Assembly (NCBI RefSeq): GCF_964204645.1
Contig: NC_134025.1
Coordinates: 3,658,001-3,722,000 of the forward strand
DNA length: 64,000 nt
DNA from: Tubulanus polymorphus
Taxonomy: Eukaryota; Animalia; Nemertea
Direction of reading: 5' to 3'
Under the pieces are notes generated by a model, which did no database searches, was not told the origin of the DNA, and was given only the letters and a program-made list of their open reading frames with translations. The position numbers and the translations under genes were made by a program. The first letter of the stretch is position 1. Every line of letters starts with the position of its first letter. Shown here in pieces: positions 56,501 to 64,000 of the stretch.

Positions 56501-58683
56501 CCGTCGAATTGAGACGAACGGGCGAAAAATGAACAGATACAGAGAGATAGAGAGGATGGAATGCTAGTCCAGGCAAGCGTGTAATCCTATTTCGGATGCC
56601 AGCGGGAATGATGGCGGTTTAATTCGACGTTGATGAGTTTGACAAGCGTTACGCTTTGGAGACTTTACCAGGACACTGACACTTATTACTTCAAAAACCG
56701 CAAATACAGCGGCTTGTTCTGAACTGACGAATGAACCATTCTCGCGGGGTTCGAGTTTTAGTTGTTTGATGACGAATTGTTGAGCCATGCGCCGGCTTTG
56801 AATTGAAGCAATTTCAGCGCAAAGGAAGAGACAGAAAATACGTGATGAATTCGGTTTAAAACAAATTCTGCGGTGACTCGAGCTAGTCTATATACTGCAC
56901 GTTGACAGGAAAGAACAAAAACTGCTAATAAGTTTGCCTAACGCTGGCTACTGATGACCGGGAGTGTTGACATCGATACAGAGTCCACCGTCTTCGACCT
57001 GAAACACCGAAGGCTCTATCTAACAACCAATTTGCACACTCGTTACATATCAATCATTTTCTTTTCCGACGCTTTCGTCTAACACTCCATTTTGCAAACA
57101 ACCTTCGGGGATTAGTACGGAGTACGACGCGAAAATCAGCGAAATGCAGCGCGATATATACAATTCACGGCGCTAAAAGACACACCGGATCGAGCCCAGC
57201 GAAAACCCTATTCGATACTTTAAGATGCGAAACGCAACTTGCATCGACGTAGGCTTATTAGCAAGAAAGCACTTCAAGGAATAATGTTTTCGCAGATAAA
57301 TCTCAAGACAAATTATCACTTCACTGAATAATGCATGCTTTCGTTAGTTGTCTATTCGAGTCACAAGGTATTACATTAAACGACATTTTTATGTATCATT
57401 TGCATAATTCTACGGTTTTCGTATGACAGCAAATATTACGTATCCGAAATCGAGGCTGTCAATCTACATACTTAACTGGTAAAAACAAAACAAAAATCGG
57501 TTCAAACATTTCTTTCCGGGATTGGAACGAAATTACAATAATTCGGAATGTTTGAATATTAAGATTCAACGACTAAAGGATTTACCACTAAAGTTTCTGA
57601 ATTCAATCTCAAATATCTATGTCTCACATCACTAAAAAAAAAACATTCAAAACTATAAGACGTATTATCATTCTCTATTGTGTTATAAAGTAGCATTAAC
57701 TGCGTAATTCAATTTATTTGACCTTAACACCAATATCAGATGAGTAATATATCGTATGGATAAGACATACGTTAATCGCTTTAATGGGAAATCATTTTCC
57801 AATAATTCATTTGCATCTTATCGACATTTAGTTTTCATTCACGGCAAATCTGACAGAAGACGATTATGTTGTTAGAAGTATTCTTCACTGGAAGAGACAG
57901 CTCGACCTCTGGGAGCGCTGCTTCTTTTCTTCTTTTTTTTTTCATCCAACATTGCGGAAAGGCTTCGTAATAGAGGCACCTTCTCAATAGCGCCTCGTTA
58001 ATCAAGACTATAATAATTGCCTTCTTCGCATTTTATCTATCATTCAGGCGATGTATGCATGGAGATATTATTCTTCATCATCTGATATATACACGAGCAC
58101 GAATCACACAATTAAACCGTTTCATCAGTTTTGGTTCGTTTATCCATTGGCCAGTGGCGCTTGAACGGAAATAACATATAAACTCTGGTTTGTTGTTCTC
58201 ACGAGGCACGATCGTCCATAAAATGATGTCGTCATTGCGCTGTCGGAAAGTCTAGAAATGAGAGTACAGTACGGTCGACCGAGCAGCAGTACCGAATATT
58301 CAAAATGCACCGAAGATGACACTCGCGGTGACTTAACAGCTGTATAGCGCGAAATCCGTACGTACGGATGGTAAGCCGCGTTGAAAGCTCATCGGCCTTT
58401 TTCATGGTTACGACGCGGTAATGACTAATTACTCAGAGGATTACTGTCGCGAGACGAAATGAGCAAAACTCAAAGAAGGGCCATGCGCTTATAGCGTAAT
58501 CGAAGTCAGGTGCAACTGAAAACAAACGTTAAATCCCGTGGTCGTCAAATGCAAATTCGGTTTTTACTTCTCCCACAACATAGATGTACAAGAGAAAGAT
58601 TTTAATTCATTGCGCTTTCAGTTGAATCGTTGATTGTTTCAGGGTATTGGTTTCCATAGACAAGCGACTGTCTATGAATACCC

Positions 58684-58828
58684 ACAATATTGAAGAAAAA
58701 CGAGGAGAGAAGTGACGTTTCGACTCTCAATTGCTATGAGCTATTCTCAAAACAGAAATGAAAATGAAAATGGCTCATAGCAATTGAGTCGAAACGTCAC
58801 ATCTCTCGAAGGGTTTCTTCAATATCGT
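58684..58828. mobile_element. Inverted pair of the same Penelope-like/hammerhead-like repeat
   Basis: - strand copy TTGAGAA-t-aGCTCA-tagcaat-TGAGagTC-GAAACGTC (~58712-58752) and + strand copy aTGAAAA-t-GGCTCA-tagcaat-TGAGTC-GAAACGTC (~58764-58798), each extended by a tttcttcaatat tail, forming a ~145-bp hairpin. Confidence 0.65.
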
Positions 58829-60054
58829 ATGGTTTTTCTTCTTTTCTTCAATAATTTCAGTATTTCTACGATATTGTGAAGTTCAGGCTGATAGGACTGG
58901 TATGTCTATATTTCATCGTGCAGTGTCTACTAAGTACTGCTTATCATAAGTTTTGAACGATCTGTTTGGACGGTATAAAATCCCTAGAGGAATAGTTGCA
59001 TGTTGCTTAGACGCGAGCGTACATACACGAATTCATCCGTAAAAACGTACGGTGTTGCGAAGAACAAACTCAGATGGAAAACTTGATTAATGCACCAAAA
59101 AGCTAATGTTTACTTATTCGACTACAGTCGGTAAGCGCTCAGTCGGTTCATGACGAATATTACATTAATTCCGAACAAAGGACGATGGCAACACTCGCAT
59201 GTTGTATTTGTTTTACGATTGCACTTATTTATTCAAACATTGAGACACTTTACCGTATCTTCAAAATGTGTGCCCACCTGCTCCAGAAGCACACTGGGCG
59301 TTAATTGATAGAAAGTCGCATTAAGGTAAAGGGTGACGTACGCTCGGACGAATAATGTAATTATTCACTCTTGCTTAGTTTCTTATTAAGATATCCGGCG
59401 GCTATACGCCGGTAGAAAGCGAGCGGTTTTTACTTATCTTCAACTGCGAACGGATACATATTATACACAGAAGGAGCGAACTTGTAAAAATGATAAAGCA
59501 TTAAGAGTTGCTCGAGTAAACAGCGAATAATCTATGTTTTATTTGCAGAACACCAGTTCGCGTGAGCACCGAGCCTTTTGGGATATTATCTAATAAGATC
59601 ATATCGTGAGATTGTCAGGACCAGACCGATCAACCTTTCGCTAATTCGGTCGGCTGTCCGGATGGGTCATCAAAGTGGTAATTTCTGCCATACCAGGGAG
59701 GTATTATCCGCACGGTCTAAACTCAGAGGCCCAGACGAAATTGATAATTGTTGACATTCCGTTCCTGTACATTTGGTCCCGATACATGCCAGAGGTAATT
59801 TCATACTGACTGTAAACAGTAAGACAGTCAGTCAGTTTAATTTACCGAATATGCAAGTAAGAGTGTAATGAAATCTTGCGTGTAGTGCTAATTAAATATC
59901 AGCCCATCGTCTAATTGCGTTACCAATTACAAATGAAACGTCAAAACAAATTACTCCGTACTTACCTTACGTCATTAGATTTGTCGGACTCCTGTTGGGA
60001 TTAGTATTTTCTCCTGAGTTGCATGAAATTTCAAGTTAATTGTTCCTGCTGTTA

Positions 60055-60167
60055 GCGTTTACTTGCTTCTATTCTACTAGCATGCGAGTCGAAAACAAAA
60101 AAAAAACTTTTTCTAGATTCAGCGTTTACTTGCTTTTATTCTACTAGCATACGAGTGGAAAAAAAAA
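60055..60167. repeat. Direct duplication, ~2 x 45 bp ending in A-tracts
   Basis: agcgtttacttgctt[c/t]tattctactagcat[g/a]cgagt[c/g]gaaaa at 60055 and 60121. Confidence 0.8.
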
Positions 60168-63100
60168 TTCTAGTGAATTTAGTAAATGTAACTCTTTGTG
60201 TATAATAAATCAAGAAATGCGTAGATTCATGATTGAAACGTGAAGAACGTTGAATGGTCGGCTATTTTGGGAAATTTAAATTCAAATTTGAATTATTGAA
60301 AAAGGGTATTAAGTACATTACGCGTTCATCTCAGGCTTCGTGCACTAAGACAGTGGGAGGTTTTTATCTAGCTTTCTTTTAACGCACAAGTATTTGTCAT
60401 TGTGAATCTTTATAAATCTTAAGGGCATAACAAATCTCCGCTCTGTGACTGTCATTGAGAACACGAATAATCGACGGAAACAGATAACCCTGGGGCTTCT
60501 TCTCATCTCCCTATTATCTCATTCAGTATAGGAACCTTCGGGTTTAATTCATTGGCGAAGAATTTATTTTGAATATTACAAATAAATGTAGATATCTTTT
60601 TCAGATCGGAAGTTAACGGATACAGCAACATAAAAGTCCTTCATTCCTTTTTCGCTAACATATTATTGACGATTTGTTCTGATGTATGAGGGCCTGGACC
60701 GCAAGCGCGATGTGGGAACCTCAGTTGTTAGTTGGGTACCTACAGGAAACTACATAATCAAGTGCCTTCCCGATCTGATCCCTGCAAAAACAGTACGAAG
60801 TGTTTTGAAATGTTGAAAGAAGTACTGAATGAACACGATGCTTTAATGTGGCACGTTATCCTGTTATCTCCGTCTCTTTTCGTGTCACAAAACTAATTTT
60901 CAACGTTTAACAGCCTCGGATTCAATACCCAGCATTCACTTATATTCTTCCGGTCCATCTGCAATTACACGCAGACAATTCTGTAACTAATGAACAGACA
61001 GTACGCATCGCCAGTGCGAATCGAATACGCCGCAGGTCTCGAAGACCGTGTGGGACTTGTTACTGCTAAAACCTTATTAGTTAGCCGTCATCTTGGGAAC
61101 GTATGCATCAACGCGAAGGCAATCGCCATCCGGAAGCGCTGACTGATTAGACTAAAGACGAAAGTTCAATGGAAATTCATCCGAGGCAAAATGCATGAAT
61201 GCATCATTCGACACAGTTTCACCATTTTTCTCATAACTTTATCCAAGACGTGACGTCATATTGGACGTCGAGCGCGAGCAGCTAACTGGAGTATGTAGCC
61301 GATATGACGCCAGTGAACAACACATGTGACGCCGGTGATTACCTGTTTTGATATATATTTCAAATTTTCTTGAGGAACTGGGTCAGTTTATGTATACTTC
61401 CTCAGACGGTATCACTGATCTGCCATCATTGGTTCAAAAATGATTTTGAAATTCAAAATGATTTTGAAACAATCCTTCACATACAGCATAAAAAACCGAT
61501 CAATTCGATTTAGAACAGGAAAAGATATGCTAATCCCAACACCACTGTCTCACAAGTCAATTTTGAAAAGATATGTATCATATACATGTGACATATACTC
61601 AATCTAATCGTGTCTAACGTCGAGATATGAAACATTTGACAGTTGCTCAGTGCACCTTGAAACTGAATCATAATTGACGAAATCTGCACGAATGTAGCCG
61701 GATACGGATATTTCAACAGTCCAGCGATGACTGCCCGTGAAATATCGGTCAATATCGGCATTTCAAGTATCGTACTTTCGACCGATTTGTCCCTCTTTCT
61801 GTATCGGTCTTTCGCCTATTTATCTTTCTGGGTGCGTGAGTCGATAGTACGGTAATGACCGGAAGTACAGTCGGTAAGACTACGGGAAAGGAAATCTATT
61901 GTTCGTGCGAAACGCACCTGCAGTGAATTTACGATGAGTATCACGCAACAAATAAGTGTCACTCATTAATAGTGGTCAGCGTAAGGTGACACGGCAAAAA
62001 TACAATGATATGTTTTGAAACTACTAGGCTTTCCGTTTTACGGCCAATTATAAGCTCGAAGACGACGGAAAGGTTCAAGGATAATCGCAGCTTTTTCTAG
62101 ACAGAAGTTTACATCGAAACCCTGCAAGATTTCTACAAAACTTTACACAACAGACGGCGCGTTTACCACGTGAAGAAAAACTGCTGCACACGGAGATAAG
62201 ATTTTCTTTCCACGAATTACCGGCAAGATTCATATATGAAAGAGAAATATGGTCTACTTGCATCCTCCAGAGAGAAATAAAAACAGACGAACACGTTTTT
62301 TTGGATAATCCAGATGGAGGGATATTAGTTTCCAATAAGCACCTGTTTGGAGAACAGGGCAATCCAACTTAAAAGCATCGAGTTTTGATACACGCATAAC
62401 GTACAATATGATAGGATCTTATCTAAATCTGGTCAATATTATGATGAACGAGTATTCGTACAGTACCAACTGTGGAGATAGAGAGAGAGAGAGCTATTTC
62501 TAAAAAAGTTAGGGTGATTCTTATGGCATCCTTGTTTTCGAGAACAAACGCATAACCATCGGGGATACTAGACTGATCCTAACTTGAACTTCACATGCCC
62601 AGTTTGGACAAGCTGTTTGATTATCGTGCCGCTTTTCTCTTTTACTTAGGTGGACACAGATGTATAACATTTCCAAAGTTGTACATGTTATTCAACCAGG
62701 AAAATTGTAACGATTATAAGAATACGTGTGTGACTGATATTTGAGCCAATATTACATCCATTATAAAGCACTCAATCTTTATCTCACTGTCCAGAAGTGA
62801 CTATCGTTGACGCAGTATCTACGAATAGAAGATCTAAGAATAGTATGAGGTGATAGTTGATTATGAAATAGTAAATACCGGTATCAGATTTTCCGTTTTG
62901 TCACCACAATCTTTCGATATGGTTGTAGCAGTTTTCCATTAAAAAAATCACTCTACGCCTTTAAAACAGAATTGATTCGTTGAAATCACCAAAACTTCAA
63001 AATCAGAAACATTCAATTTAGTTGTAGCTTCACAAAGCCTTCAGTGTGAACGCGACTGTTAATGTTTTTCTCTTCGAGCAGTTTCTCGTGAGTTCTGGCA

Positions 63101-63592
63101 ACTTTATCAACGGCTTGATGTTCGGAATGCTCTGGTACAGATTATTTAGGTGATAAAACCGCGGTGTACATTTCTCGTAAGCTGTATCGGAAACCCGGTT
63201 GTTCATCTCTTAAAGATGCGATCAGTAACTCACCGCGAGAAAGCGGTTATGCTCGACATACTGCACATGATCTCACCATCTCAGAATTTCAACAATATCA
63301 AAAAACAACAGGTATTGAAACGCTGTGCGCAATGGCCGAATGAATGGGCTTTTACTGTCGCTAATATAACTTTCATAAAAAATTTAATTGTAACATTACA
63401 AATGTATATACCGATCCGTCTTGAGAAGAGGTTTTTGTTAGCCCGAAACTGTTTTCTTATTTTATGTATATTCAGACAATCTACCGAGAATCAAAAATAA
63501 GTACGCAGAATATATTACTTATTCTGCATTTCTGTCATGATCAAAAATTAAGGCTTTCTAATAATGATAGATCAGAATCATCAGAATCTTAC

Positions 63593-63638
63593 CTATTTCA
63601 AATATTTTCGATCCGTTTATGAAGTATTTGTGTTTGCA
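63593..63638 (-). CDS. Probable upstream coding exon of the glutamate receptor (CKHKYFINGSKIFEI-G)
   Basis: Branch-like CTAACTAAC, acceptor tttgtgcag and donor G|gtaaga. The exon ends in phase 1 and joins exon 35634-35798 to give ...KIFEIG-GLFG, matching the usual iGluR amino-terminal-domain start motif (hydrophobic-x-IGGLF). Confidence 0.65.
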
Positions 63639-64000
63639 CTGCACAAACGGTTAGTTAGGTGCTGATGTATGTAAATGATTGATGCGAAATATCATAATTA
63701 ATTGAATGATACCTAGTTATATGGTATCTATATCTAGAATAGATACTGATAAACAGGGAGAGTGAGAGCATCGATCGAGGACATAAATTAGCGATATATT
63801 CATTATTGCGGGTATTGATGGTCACACTGTAAGCTAGTATTAAATGCACCGAACTACTTTGTCTTTGTGTCAATGAATCGGAGACCGATTTGAAATTATA
63901 CGTGATGAGGTTCAAATGATCAAACAACGCATGCTTCGAGTGAAACATAAACCGTTATTCCTTGAGGCAATGTTGCATTTACGCAGATGAAAGTTTGTTT

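Overview
Eukaryotic, AT-rich, intron-containing animal DNA (most likely a marine invertebrate/lophotrochozoan; taxon is inference only). No prokaryotic features, rRNA or CRISPR. By splicing GT-AG exons by hand I reconstruct seven protein-coding genes. The left 18 kb is a compact cluster: two tandem astacin metalloproteases (- strand; the first runs off the left edge, the second has an EGF-like module and five ShK domains), a 57-aa secreted CxxxC...CxxxC peptide, two tandem MANSC1/C11orf24-like mucin-type membrane proteins (-), and a tandem-repeat galectin (+). The rest of the window (19.8-64 kb) is one kainate-type ionotropic glutamate receptor gene (-), with an apparent ~28-kb intron and a start outside the window. 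Introns carry several MITE-like inverted repeats, a palindrome built from two outward-facing tRNA-like (A/B box) heads, and Penelope-type minimal hammerhead-ribozyme motifs. Most ORFs in the supplied track are exon fragments, antisense shadows or noise. All exon boundaries are manual predictions, not transcript-validated.
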